Shown: positions 12,061-24,483 of the stretch, piece after piece
Position numbering within the stretch: position 1 is the first letter of the stretch
Layout of the letters: each line of letters starts with the position of its first letter
Source: Fistulifera solaris
Lineage: Eukaryota
Direction of reading: 5' to 3'
DNA length: 64,000 bases
NCBI GenBank assembly: GCA_030295235.1
Contig: AP026172.1
Location: 124,001-188,000, forward strand
Position numbers and translations under genes: made by a program
Notes under the pieces: generated by a model
What the model was told of the DNA's origin: nothing
What the model saw: only the letters and a program-made list of their open reading frames with translations
Database searches by the model: none

Positions 12061-14592
12061 CTAGGGCTCACGAACTGGTATAGGTGTAGCAAGCCCGGAT
12101 AGCTTTTTGAACTGCTGATTAGCTCCGTCGGGATTTTGGATTCCAATCACAGCCATTTTGATGGTCTTGCCGATGGCTTTACCCAATGAACGTTTCGAAA
12201 ATTCGAAAAATACGGGAACTTCTTCCTTCTGTGCAAGGTCCAATATTTCTTGTAGTTTCTCGTCTAATGCACCGTATTCGTCGAGATTGTTGGCCATGAC
12301 CACCATTCGTACCTTGCGTGCTCGAATTCCACGAGCCACCTCCCGCAATCCCATTACGAGACGTCGTTTTGCTTTGGCGTTCTTGTCCTCGGCGGCTCTT
12401 TTCTGTAAGCGCATCAGCTCGGCCAACATTTCCATCAATAGTGGCTTAACTGTCTCATTCTTGGAAAGAATCGCGTAGTGGCGAGGTTGTCCGGAGTTTG
12501 GTATTTTTGGGACACGCTTACACTCAGCAAATCGTTCAGGAATGCGCTTATCCCCCCGAAAACATGGGCTCAATTACGTCGTTGTTCTGGTTGTCATTGA
12601 GCTCCATCTCAGAATCATCTGATCCAGAAGCAGCCGTTACCGATACTGTCTGTCCACCAATTACCATTCCATGAAATCCTGTCAGGGCTTTTTGTTTCTC
12701 TTCCGCGGACGTGTAATGAACCCATATTGTCTGCTCTTCAATATTCGCATCGATTTTCTCCACTACTCCAAATTGTTTGGCCAATTCTTCAATATCTACC
12801 ATACTTTCCTCAAGACAGTCTTCGTCTTCCAAGTCTTCTGTCGTTAAAACGTTACGCAGTACTACTACAAAGTCGTCGCCGTGCAACGATGAAGGTGACT
12901 TATTGACCCGTAGAACCTTCGCCAACAACTGATTACCCGACAACTTTACTTGATTCAGTTGGACGACAATGCGCTTGACGTCAAGCAAATTACCTGTGTA
13001 TTCCAACACGACACGAGGTGGTGATTCCTCTTTTCAACGCGGAGTGTTGCCAAAGGCCCGTAACTTGTCGCCAGCACACGAATATCATTGACACATTCCT
13101 CCAAACATTCATCATCCTCCAAATCATCATCCGTCAACACATTCCATAACCCAATTTCGTGTGATGTATCGGTTTGCGTCAAAGATGCTTGCTTTTCTTG
13201 AAATGCGCGTTCGCACCCTATTCGCCAATCGTCCTCTGTTTCGGATAGCAATCTCGATGTGTCATCCGACGGCGATAATGCCATCACCTGCAATTCCGCC
13301 CCGCCCAAATTTAATCCATTCCAAGCATGCTGCGCTTCCTCCGCCGACTGCGCCGTTTGAAATTGCACATAGACCGGACTCTCTTCTCGCCGCGGTAACC
13401 ATGTACGCTGCACTGTCCCAATTTTCTCGGCCATTTCCTGAAAGTTCTGACACAATTCTTGGTACTCATCATCATCATTGCAATCATCGTCGGCGGTCAG
13501 CCATCCGAGAACAGCAAGTGTCGTAAAGGAGTCCTGTTCTGGTTGCAACTTGTCTGGATTCTTCTGCCGCCATTGCCGCAATCGTTCTTCCAACACTTTT
13601 TTTCTTTAACGGCGAAAATTTCTTCCGTCGTGGTCGTATCCGTTGCCGTCCTTTCTGCGTAACAACCATTTTTCCTTCTTGCATCAGACGCAATAACGCA
13701 TGTTCTTGGCCGAGTGGCAAGTCGTTGGTATTTGAATTTGTTGTATTCTTTCCATTCAGCGCAGTTTGGGTCAAGCTGGTAGTAGTAGTATGCCGTGTCT
13801 TTGGGTGGGGCGGTGGTATCGGGGCGCTGGTTGGCTTATTCTTTGCATCCGACGAAATTGCTTTGGCATTTGTTGATTTGTTGTTGCTATTGTTGTTCGT
13901 CAATGGCGGACCGACAAGTTTCGGAGCGGCAGTAGTAGTTGTCGTGGTGGATGGCAATTTGGAAGCGTAAAACGTTGGAGCCGACGCGTTCAACTTGGTG
14001 GTGGTGGCTGCTATAGGTTTTGTAATTACGGTCGGCTTTGTAGCACTATGACTCGTAGGAGCTTGTAGAGCTGGGAAATCGGTTGCTTTCAATGCACTAA
14101 ATGGTTTTATTACTGGTTTGACCAGCGATGATGATGATGGTGGTGGTTCGTTGAGTGATCGTTTTTGCTTCTTCTTGACATTCTTATCCGGAAGATTATT
14201 GCTGTTGTTGGTCTTGTTGTTGTGATTCGGATTTGTTTGCGGCTTTTGTTTCTTGTTATTCTTATTATTGATATTCGTTTGCTTCTTGTTGTTTGTGTTA
14301 TTATGAACAGCCTTTTTCGGATGTTGCGAAGTATTTGTAGCTTTGTCATTGTTGTTGTGCTTGCTTTCCTGTGTCGTTGTAGTATTACTATTACGAAGAA
14401 GAACCGGCTTTTGTATTCACGCATCGGAGCACTTGCGGCTACACGATCCCATCCACTTCCTTGCGCCCAGGCGTTCTTGTTGATGTTGTTAGAATTTGCC
14501 GCCGTAATGTTCGGTTGCGAATGGTGATAATTACTGGAGGACGGTGCTGCGGAATCTGAATTTGTCGGTAGATGCTGTTGTTGTGACATCAT
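12061..14592 (-). CDS. SECISBP2: SECIS-binding protein 2 (SBP2)-like protein with three UHM/RRM domains
   Basis: C-terminal L7Ae module KAKRRLVMGLREV...KRSLGKAIGKTIKMAVIGIQNPDGA; K-rich SID-like KGRQRIRPRRKKFSPLKKK-VLEER; PAM2-like KLNASAPTF; ORFs joined across homopolymer indels. Confidence 0.8.
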
Positions 14593-14923
14593 ACAAGCAA
14601 GGAATAAATTTACAAAGAGAAAGAAAATGGATCTATAAAAGGAATAATAAAGAATTACGGAGTACTCCATAATATTGTCATCATCGGATGTGACGATGTT
14701 TTGTTTTACTCCGGGGCTCCGAGCGGGGTATTCCATTCCTGTTACAAGCGTACCGGTACGTCATTAGGTTGGTCTATAATTAACCCGATACAACTTAGAC
14801 CTCGTAGGCTTTTCATTTTTCATTTCTCGCATTTTTATTTTTGTTACTCCGGAGTCCGGAGTACCAGGTACTCCGTTTTATTCCTTCGCTCCTTTCCACA
14901 AACAATTCCATGTCATAATTATC

Positions 14924-15526
14924 ATGTTCAATTCTTCTTCTTCTTCTCGTTTTCTTGGCAATTTTTCTCTGTGCTACCGAACTGTTCGACTATTATGTCT
15001 ATTTCTTGTTTTCGCCATCTTTTCGGCACCGACTTCGGCCTACCGCATGGGTGAACCCGTCGACACGACGTTGGCGTGGGACTCACAACCCGCGTTCCTG
15101 GCGCAAATGCCCCGATTCGCGATCCATTCACAAACTCAAATACAAGTTCCGTCGTCAGCACACTTTGTGACATTGTCGTTGGAAGATGGATTGTGGGGCT
15201 TGCCGGCAATCAAGTTAACCAGTTCATTGGAACGACTCGTCGTGGAGTTGGTGTACAGTGCTGGGGCAATTCAAGCCATTCACAGTGAACCTGTGTATCG
15301 GAACGAACAAGAAGACGATAGTAAACCAGCTTTCTTCACCGTAGAATATAGATGGATCGAAGAACCGCACGTGACACCCGAAGCCGGTCAAACAATCATG
15401 TTTCTCATTGTAGTTACGGTATCGGTGTGGATTGCATGGGCTGTATTGATGTCGACAGAAGGTTCTACCTTATCCGCCGAGCAAATACACCATTCGTCTT
15501 TTTCTGCCATTCCCAAGTATGAGTGA
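14924..15526 (+). CDS. Uncharacterised single-pass membrane protein with signal peptide
   Basis: Hydrophobic LLCLFLVFAIFSAPTSA|YRMGEPV and a C-terminal TM segment IMFLIVVTVSVWIAWAVLM. Confidence 0.7.
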   Translation: MFNSSSSSRFLGNFSLCYRTVRLLCLFLVFAIFSAPTSAYRMGEPVDTTLAWDSQPAFLAQMPRFAIHSQTQIQVPSSAHFVTLSLEDGLWGLPAIKLTSSLERLVVELVYSAGAIQAIHSEPVYRNEQEDDSKPAFFTVEYRWIEEPHVTPEAGQTIMFLIVVTVSVWIAWAVLMSTEGSTLSAEQIHHSSFSAIPKYE

Positions 15527-16307
15527 GACGAACAAACGATGATGCGAGGAACATGAACAAACAAGGAACTCGACTATTGAGAGAGAATGCATTAATATTC
15601 CGAGTGGCCAAATTGCCTACCAATAGTTGCGTGCGTACAATGATATCAACTCATAAAATAAGAAGAACGAAGGTGAAGTGATTTGGGTCATTATTTTGGC
15701 ACTTGTAGTGCTTTTCGAACGTCTCGTAGTAGGGAAATTGGTCAACAGATAGGGGACACCCGGATATCGGTTGCATCTTGAAAGCATCCAGTTTCTCAGT
15801 TTGATGGGCACCCATGGCTTGTTTACCGTGGTGAAAGTTTACGCTCTAAAAGTGGAAAGGAGGAACGATGCAACACTTCCAAAGTCTTCGCTACAATCAC
15901 GTTGGCACCCGTAGGAAATTATTTATCGTTGTAGTTGTAGGGGATACCCGGATTTATCCCATTCTCGTTTTCAATGCTAGTTTTAGGTATGAAGAGCGTT
16001 TTTTTTACATTTCCAGTTTCGTGAAAAATAATGATTATTGGATAGATGAATTGTAAGTTTGTTCTAAGTTAAGAGTTCTAAGAAGAATCCATTCTATTAT
16101 TTTAAAAAGCTCGAAGCCGCACACCTGTCACTGACGTCACCTCCATAACGTCCCATCGTGATCGGGTGAAAACGGATCGGGTGTTTCTGCGCCTAAACAC
16201 GGCAAGAGACGCATTCTAAAGCGTTTTATACTGGACCTCTAGTATTGCATTTCAAAACTATAGTGCAACCATTTTATTCAAACCATCGGATAACATAACG
16301 TAACAAC

Positions 16308-16950
16308 ATGAAATCCCTTCGATCTCTCCTTGTTGTCTTGTGCACGAGCACGTTTCTTGTAGAGGCTTTTCAGGTGCCTACACGACACTTGACGACGACG
16401 ACGACGACAACAACAACAACTTGCCGTCACATGTCATCGGAGGATTTCCTTCAAGAGACACCGGAAGGAACACAGGAACGTATTCAAAGTTTAGTAGAAT
16501 CACATCCCGTTTTGTTGTTTATGAAAGGAAGTAAATTGTTCCCGCAATGTGGATTCAGCAATACGGCCGTGCAGATTTTGCAGAGTTATGGAATCAATTT
16601 TCACACGGTTGGTGCGTGCAAACAGCAAGACTGATGTTGAACGAAAAATGGCAATCGAGGCTTTTGGACTCACCACTTTTATTTATTTCCTTTCGTTTCA
16701 GACGTTTTGTCCGACCAGAACATTCGAGAAGGTGTCAAAGTGTACAGTCAATGGCCCACCATTCCTCAATTGTATGGTAAGTTCAACATTATAAAGCTTG
16801 ACTCTTTTGTTGCATACCATCACCATCTCTCACATGGTCTTCATCATAGTGGCGGGGGAATTCGTCGGAGGAAGTGATATTATGATTGAAATGTATCAAT
16901 CGGGAGAACTTGGAGAAATGATTGAAAAGGCCAAGGCCGATATGATGTAA
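16308..16950 (+). CDS. Plastid-targeted monothiol (CGFS) glutaredoxin
   Basis: Signal peptide ...[41 protein letters not shown]; introns 16612-16701 and 16777-16849. Confidence 0.92.
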
Positions 16951-17068
16951 TGCAGAGCAAGTATTGAAGCCATGGAGTAGGATAAATATAGTTGAAGAAA
17001 AGGAACAGAAAATCCAGAGTTGATTAGCATTTCCTAAATACACTCTTTGCGTTATTCCATTCTTTACT

Positions 17069-17740
<672 letters not shown>

Positions 17741-18351
17741 TCAGTAAGGGTTAAAGAATAGTAAGAATACAGCGTCGTTGGTTGGTTTTGTCTTCGTTTG
17801 ATGAAACAGCGTGACTTGCGGTCGTGTTGTTGAAGAGTTGGCTTCTCCCGAAGAAAAATCAACTACAGAAATAGTAATTCAATAAGTAAGTAAGACGACT
17901 ATAGTGTTTGCAATGGCTGCAGTAACCAAACAGACTCGTGCTCTTGAAAACAATGTAACTTCGCTTCGTTGGATGCTTGTTTGGCGTTGCGGTTGCGAGT
18001 CATTGTGGTCTTTTTTTTGCAAAACGGTGCAGACTGCAGACTGCAGACTCCAGACGCAAGGAGGAAATTTTGAGCTCTTTGCTCTACAGTTGCGTCAGAT
18101 CACGAGAAATACCATGATAGAGTAAACTGGAGTACCGTAACGACACACGATCTTTTCACTCGTGATTAGATAACCCTACGTCACCTTCCTGCGTCATCGT
18201 CAGTACGCGTGCCGGTGCCGTGACTTGCATGCCTTTTTCTCATTATTTATCATCACCATAATAAAAGTACAGAGCACAAGGCATCATAGAGCCTCTGTGA
18301 TTATTATCGTCGTACCTTATCCTTTTACCAATCACTTTTAAAAGAAGAAGG

Positions 18352-18960
18352 ATGAAAGTTAGCTCGCGAGCTGTTGCGCTAATCGTAGCCCTCTCGACGT
18401 TCAGTGCAAATGCCTACACCATCGCTACACCCCCGCCACCACAAAACATTGCAGTATCGGCTCCCTCTCTTGTCTTGGGTACAAGAGCATCGAGCCTCTC
18501 ATACCACCAGGAACTCGCATTATTGTCGACTTCCACGTGGCTTTCTGACGCAGCAGTTGTTACCGCTCAAACCCCAACCAAAGGAAATGTGGTAACGACA
18601 CCACTGCAATCCACCGAAGCATCTATCAGCATCACCAACCTCCAATTCGATGGCAAAGTTCCGACGACGGAATCGGATGAATATGTGGTTATTACCAACC
18701 GATCCAAGAGTCCCATGAATGTGGCGGGATACTACCTTTACGTTGCCAGCAACGGCACTCAAGGTGCTACGTTTACCTTTCCGGCCAACGCCGTGATTGC
18801 CCCCAGCGCTTCCGTGCGTGTCTACACGAACGAAATTCACAAGGAAACGGGTGGGTACAGTTTCAACTCGAAGAAGGCCATTTGGAATAACAAAGGTGGA
18901 TTGGCCGTCTTGAAAGATGCATCGGGTAGGAAACTCGGTGAATACAAATACAAGCCTTAG
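18352..18960 (+). CDS. Lamin tail domain (LTD)-containing protein with signal peptide
   Basis: ITNLQFDGKVPTTESDEYVVITNRSKSPMNVAGYYL...FTFPANAVIAPSASVRVYT...AIWNNKGGLAVLKDASG matches the LTD pattern; N-terminal signal peptide; intronless. Confidence 0.8.
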   Translation: MKVSSRAVALIVALSTFSANAYTIATPPPPQNIAVSAPSLVLGTRASSLSYHQELALLSTSTWLSDAAVVTAQTPTKGNVVTTPLQSTEASISITNLQFDGKVPTTESDEYVVITNRSKSPMNVAGYYLYVASNGTQGATFTFPANAVIAPSASVRVYTNEIHKETGGYSFNSKKAIWNNKGGLAVLKDASGRKLGEYKYKP

Positions 18961-19737
18961 AATGACAAGAAGTGGACGATGTCAGTCTTCCATTATCATA
19001 ACGACATAGACTATTAGATGCTAGATGTAAATCTAGAAAACATCATACACAAAATGCTTTCACTTTTTAGACGACAAACAATAAGTTAAAACCTTTAGCG
19101 CGAAGCTTCTGCTCATGAGACCGATACCTTTACTATAAATCCAAAGTGTTTTCGGGAGCCATGATGACTAGATTTCAGTCACGATCGAAATATGGGGAAC
19201 GATTGAAACGGCACAAGCAGGGCCACGAGTACAAGCAGAAGTTCATTAGTAAATGTTGGTATTTACGGTGTTGGTAGTAACTATCGACTCTCTTCAAAAT
19301 GTTGAAAGGCAAAAATACGAGAGCGATTCGAAAAGGGAAAACTATTCTGTTCGGCTTCTGGTCATGACTCGTTTTCAGAAGCCGAACGAGCCGTGACGCG
19401 AACCCATCTATTATTTTTTTTAGGAATTCGTGTCTTGCAAACCAGATAGTGAACAGTACGATCTGTGACGATTTCGCATGCTCTGACACCCGACTACGAC
19501 GAACGTATACTCGGTATTTGTCGCGATCATCACCTCGGACAGCCGACAGCTGTTCTTGAGAAAAACGTTTCCCGCCATTCACCAGCGCCGACGTACTTGT
19601 AGTATCCTCAAAATCGCATTTACTCCGTAGCATACAAGAGCGAGAGGAACTCATACATTTTGCGGTTCATTTCCTTGTGAAACTCACACACTCCAAAAAG
19701 AGCAAGACTTTCTCCTAACACGCCAGCAAAACCAAAG

Positions 19738-20274
19738 ATGAATGTAAAGACACTACAAGAAATAATATCCTATCGAAGAAAGCTGTGTCAAGAATGTTTG
19801 ACTCCCGAACTATTACAGCAAATCCTCGTACAGGTGACACGAAAACCGATCGTCGGTGACAATCCCTATCAACAATTTATGAATGTGTATCGTCAAAACT
19901 TGTTTCAAGCCGCCGATGAAACAGTGCAATGTTCGCGTCGTCGCAGAGCTTTGTGCACATTGCAGCAATTGAATCAAGCGATGGATGCTCGTGTCCGTGG
20001 CGGGAAATCATCGTCTGCGACGACGACGGCTCGTACTGTTTCGGTCCCTTACACCACAATTTCTTCTAGAGAAGAATTCTCGTTCGTGTCTTTAGAAGAA
20101 ATGGATGCCAACAAATCAAACACAACAAATAATAACAAAAGCAGCGATTCGATGATGATTCCTCAGTCTGTTACAATGATGACAACGACGCCCGTGTCGT
20201 CCGCCTTTCACAAAGCGACGAGACGCGTTTCGTTACCAGAAGTGGTCGATTGTTGCGATGAAGGAATCCTTTGA
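19738..20274 (+). CDS. Hypothetical protein
   Basis: 178-aa ATG ORF with an A-rich leader; no recognised motif. Confidence 0.55.
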   Translation: MNVKTLQEIISYRRKLCQECLTPELLQQILVQVTRKPIVGDNPYQQFMNVYRQNLFQAADETVQCSRRRRALCTLQQLNQAMDARVRGGKSSSATTTARTVSVPYTTISSREEFSFVSLEEMDANKSNTTNNNKSSDSMMIPQSVTMMTTTPVSSAFHKATRRVSLPEVVDCCDEGIL

Positions 20275-20464
20275 GGCAGCTGACGCGACATGGAAGGACA
20301 ACATTTCGATCTGCGAGCGCACTACTCACTTTAAAATGCCATTAGGTGTAAATGCAATGCCTTCAGCAATACTTTGAGCTCAAACAAGAAACAACTAGCA
20401 ACGTCTACATCCTTTTGCCATTCACTTCACTTTCATCTATCTAATAGAAATTATTCTTGCTGCT

Positions 20465-21856
20465 TTAGTAACCAAGTGCATCGTCCAATACGTACAAAGC
20501 CTTGTCTTGACGTTCAAAACCATCCAACAATTCGTCTTCTGTAATCACCAACGGAGGTGCTACATGCAAATGCGGAGGTCGCATCAAGCCAATCAACCCA
20601 TTCGCCGTGTAGGCTTTCTTGTATTCAACAAAGGCCTTGTCAATAACAGTATGCTGTAACTGCGGATTGGAGCCATCGGGATTGGCAACATCGAAACAAC
20701 CAAATAAGCCGATGCAGCGATACTGTTTGATGCAAGGATGATGTTCCGCCAGACGACGCATATTGTCTTCAAGAATCGGCGCCAATCGTTGCACGTGACC
20801 AATGATATCGTTTTGAATCAAATACTTGACATTCTCATAAGCACACGCCATGGCGACAGGATGAGCTTGGTACGTCGATCCCCAACCCAACGGATTGTCT
20901 TCAAAGTATTCCATAATATGTTGGCGACAGGCCGTCATCGACAAAGGTAAAGCGGCGGCGGTGATGCCCTTGGCGGCCGTCACAATGTCAGGAATGACGC
21001 CTTCGTTGTGCTGAAAGCCAAAGAGTTTTCCGGTACGACCAAAGCCGACCATGACTTCATCGCAATGCATGACAATGTTGTACTTGTCACAAATGGCACG
21101 AACACCTTGCATATACCCCGGTGGCGGCACAATGACACCTCCCCCACCAATCACCGACTCAAATTGCACCATGGCGACTGTATCGGGACCTTCATTGAGG
21201 ATTTGTTCTTCCAACATGTTGAGTGCCATTTGCGTCCGTTCTTCGGGCGTCGCGCCCGCCAAATCCCAAAAGAGCGGATTCGGATGAAACGCCTTGACAA
21301 AACCTGGTACATGATCCCCTCCATACCACCGACGAAAGTCTCCCGTCGCTTGTTGCGAGTTGGCCGTTCCGCCGTGATAACTGCGATACCAATTGATGAC
21401 CTTGTATTTTCCCGTGTATCGTCGGGCCATCATAATGGCGGCTTCATTCGCTTCCGATCCCGAAGAAGGAAAGACCATTCCTTGTAAATCCCCCGGTAAT
21501 ATATCGGCTATGAGTTGACTCAATCGAGCTCGCGTCTCACACAGACCCAAACCGCCGTACAGAAAGGGTAGTTGTGTCATTTGTTGCAAAGTTGCTTGCA
21601 AGACCGATTCGGGGAGTGAATATCCTACATTCGAGCAGACCGCTTGCGACGTCCAATCGAGGTACTGTTTGCCCTGATCGTCGTACAAGTAAACACCTTC
21701 TCCGTGCGTAATGAGAGGCGTGTTGTGTTTGGCCTTGCCCGGCGCCCACGTCATCATGACAGATTGACTCGTCGCATTGCGAATTTGTTCTGTCGACCAG
21801 GTTCCCATGGGTTGATCGTGTTCGGGAGATAATTTCAAATGGGAGTGATTGTCCAT
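20465..21856 (-). CDS. Class III PLP-dependent aminotransferase
   Basis: GEGVYLYDDQGKQYLD, SGSEANEAA, SYHGGT, DEVMVGFGRTG, PDIVTAAKGIT (PLP lysine), APPLVITEDE. Confidence 0.93.
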   Translation of the reverse strand: MDNHSHLKLSPEHDQPMGTWSTEQIRNATSQSVMMTWAPGKAKHNTPLITHGEGVYLYDDQGKQYLDWTSQAVCSNVGYSLPESVLQATLQQMTQLPFLYGGLGLCETRARLSQLIADILPGDLQGMVFPSSGSEANEAAIMMARRYTGKYKVINWYRSYHGGTANSQQATGDFRRWYGGDHVPGFVKAFHPNPLFWDLAGATPEERTQMALNMLEEQILNEGPDTVAMVQFESVIGGGGVIVPPPGYMQGVRAICDKYNIVMHCDEVMVGFGRTGKLFGFQHNEGVIPDIVTAAKGITAAALPLSMTACRQHIMEYFEDNPLGWGSTYQAHPVAMACAYENVKYLIQNDIIGHVQRLAPILEDNMRRLAEHHPCIKQYRCIGLFGCFDVANPDGSNPQLQHTVIDKAFVEYKKAYTANGLIGLMRPPHLHVAPPLVITEDELLDGFERQDKALYVLDDALGY

Positions 21857-23237
21857 GACGCGCTGTTTTTCATTGTATTATTTGTGTATGTATATGTGTA
21901 TGTATATATGTGCGTGTGTGTGGGTGTCGAGTGCAGCGAGTGAGTTGGGGAAAGGAAAAATGTCACAGATCCCAGAAAAGGAAGACAAAGAAAGAGTCCG
22001 CGAAGAATCAGTCAAGAGTGAGTCAGTGTGTTATACAGTGCATTCGCGTGCATCGAAGGCTTTCTAAATAATCAATGTTCCTCTGAAAATACTCTCTTCA
22101 AACGTACCGACAAGGCAGGACTTTTGTGAGGCCAATGTTGCGATCCTTTGACGATCGCTCTACGCGTTGCTTGCTGCACGGCAGCTGTTGACAATTTGGG
22201 ATTCATTTTTGACGAAAGAATCGTAGGAACTGAATCGAAAGCTTGTTCTGGTAGGGAAAAGGGAGAAACAGAGATTTAGGAGAAAGAAGAACGACTTTTG
22301 TTGTATCTTTCGTTCTTAAGTAAGATACGTCGTCGTTGACGGCAAAAAGAATGAAAGCCTTCGAACAAAAAAAAAAGAAAAGGAACAAAACGATCGGGCA
22401 CACGTCACTTCAACGTCATCATCATGACAAGATTTCTTGACATGACTACCTGGTACTACTTGAACTCTTTTGGTGTACAAAGTAGAGAGATGGTGGGTCA
22501 CACTGACAGGAAGAGTGCGAAGGGAATGCCACGGATCGAAGAACCGCGCGACACGCGTGGAGCGACGAGATGAAAGAAAAGTCGATTGCACAAAGCACTT
22601 TCCGGTTCCTAGTTCCTAGTTTTGAGTTTTGAGTCCACATAACTTTAGCATTCTTATTTCATAGAGCGTAATATAGTAATTAATACTTTGATGTTTTCCG
22701 ACTTGACGTTATGGTAGGTCTCCTCTAGTTAAAGATAGGATAACGACTGTCCTTAAACACTAGTTTGCCGAAAACTTGATTTCCATTTGGTGACAATTGA
22801 GCTGTAGACAAGCGTTATCTGATCTGATCTCAGAGATGATCACAGATGATGCGACTAGTTTATTACACGCGTTGGAATTGCACAAACGGTGTCGTAGCTC
22901 ATGACTAAAAATCCAGTCGTGATGAAAAACGGACAACACTTTGGGTCTATACTGGTACCGGTAGTCAGATGGAAATCGGTTTTACGTGTTCGAAAAAAAA
23001 GCCGATACCTGGTAGCGATGATGCGATGGGTGTGAGAACGGGTGCTTTGTACAAGTACTTGTAGCTACTACCTGGTACTTATCAACAAATCGTTCGTTGT
23101 ATTTTGATTTTGTGCAAGGTATATTGTTGTTATCAAACATACCAGGTACCACAAGGTCCGGAATACTTAGTCGTGAATCATTTCTGTTGAATGGATTCTT
23201 TATCGTCACTCATTCATTCACTATTCGCACCTTCATC

Positions 23238-24313
23238 ATGTCATCATCATCATCATCATCTTCTTCTTCTTCCTTGCTTTCCTTCCAGTGGCAATTGCTG
23301 TCTCCCCAACCTGATCCAGAACACGGTACACCGTGTACCCGTTCTTCGCACGGTCTTTCTTACGTGAATCATCGTTTGGTGATCTATGGAGGTGAACATG
23401 TCGCACGAACGCCACTTTCCAACGAACAACAAGCCTTATGGGTGTGTCATGACAATCTACAACAATGGCGTTGTTGTGTCTCGACGACGAAAACTTCACC
23501 ACCACCACCACGCATTGCTCATGCGCAAGCTGTGCACCATCACGACATTTATATCTTTGGAGGACGTGCCGGAATTACCATGCAAGAACAAGCCATGAAT
23601 GATTTGTGGAAACTCAATTGTTCCGGTCCTCCCGGATCGGAATTCTGGGAAGAAATCAAAGATATGCAAGGAACACTTCCTCCGGCGCGATCCTTTCATC
23701 GTATGATCTGTGTCGGTGATGCCTTGTACGTTTTTGGTGGTTGTGGTGTCGGGGGACGTTTACAGGATTTGTATCGTTTCGATATTTTGACACAAACCTG
23801 GTCGGAAGGCCCGAACGCACAACTCGCGGGACGGGGTGGCCCGAATTTAGTAGCGTTGCAAGGAGGACGCTGTCTCCAAGTTGTTGCCGGATTCTGTGGT
23901 CACGAAACCAATGATGCACAAGTTTATAGTGTGGAAGAAGAACAATGGTTGGAACAGGGTGTCATGACACTATCCGAAATGCGTCCACGGAGTGTGTGTG
24001 TCGCCGGATCCTTTCCATCCTTGGGTGTCGCCGTCATCTTTGGAGGAGAAGTCGATCCTTCCGATCGTGGTCATGAAGGAGCCGGAGGATTTGCGAATGA
24101 TTTGGTCCTTTTGGATGAAGCGACGGGGGAATATCAAGAAACCATTCCGGCCAGTGAAACGGCGAAGGACTGGCCCGAAACGAGAGGATGGTCGGCAGGA
24201 GACGTTCATCAAAATGCGTTGTATGTATTTGGGGGACTTTCGGGGGATGATGCCTCCCCCGTCGATTGGATGATTTGTGGAAACTCGAGTTGGTACGTCG
24301 TAACGAGGAGTAA
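23238..24313 (+). CDS. Kelch-repeat beta-propeller protein (nitrile-specifier-protein-like)
   Basis: Repeated RSSH/RIAH/RSFH...IYIFGG...NDLW blades; FGGEVDPSDRGHEGAGGF; an indel near 24255-24260 restores ...DDLWKLELVRRNEE*. Confidence 0.85.
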
Positions 24314-24483
24314 CTATTGCATTGTCACGAACCGTTCGGGGAAATAAGCGTTTCTAGTTATATGTTGACCAAAGAAGATAATACGGAAAATATAACAGAT
24401 GAATGAACAGCACACCAATCTAGGACTGGTCGTTCCGAAGGTCCGTCCGTTGTATCTTCTTGTGTCATTGTCGTTCCCTTTCA

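Noticed and set aside
14110..14736. 208-aa and 120-aa hydrophobic/basic ORFs
   Set aside because: Off-frame or antisense readings of the N/Q/K-rich low-complexity N-terminus of SBP2
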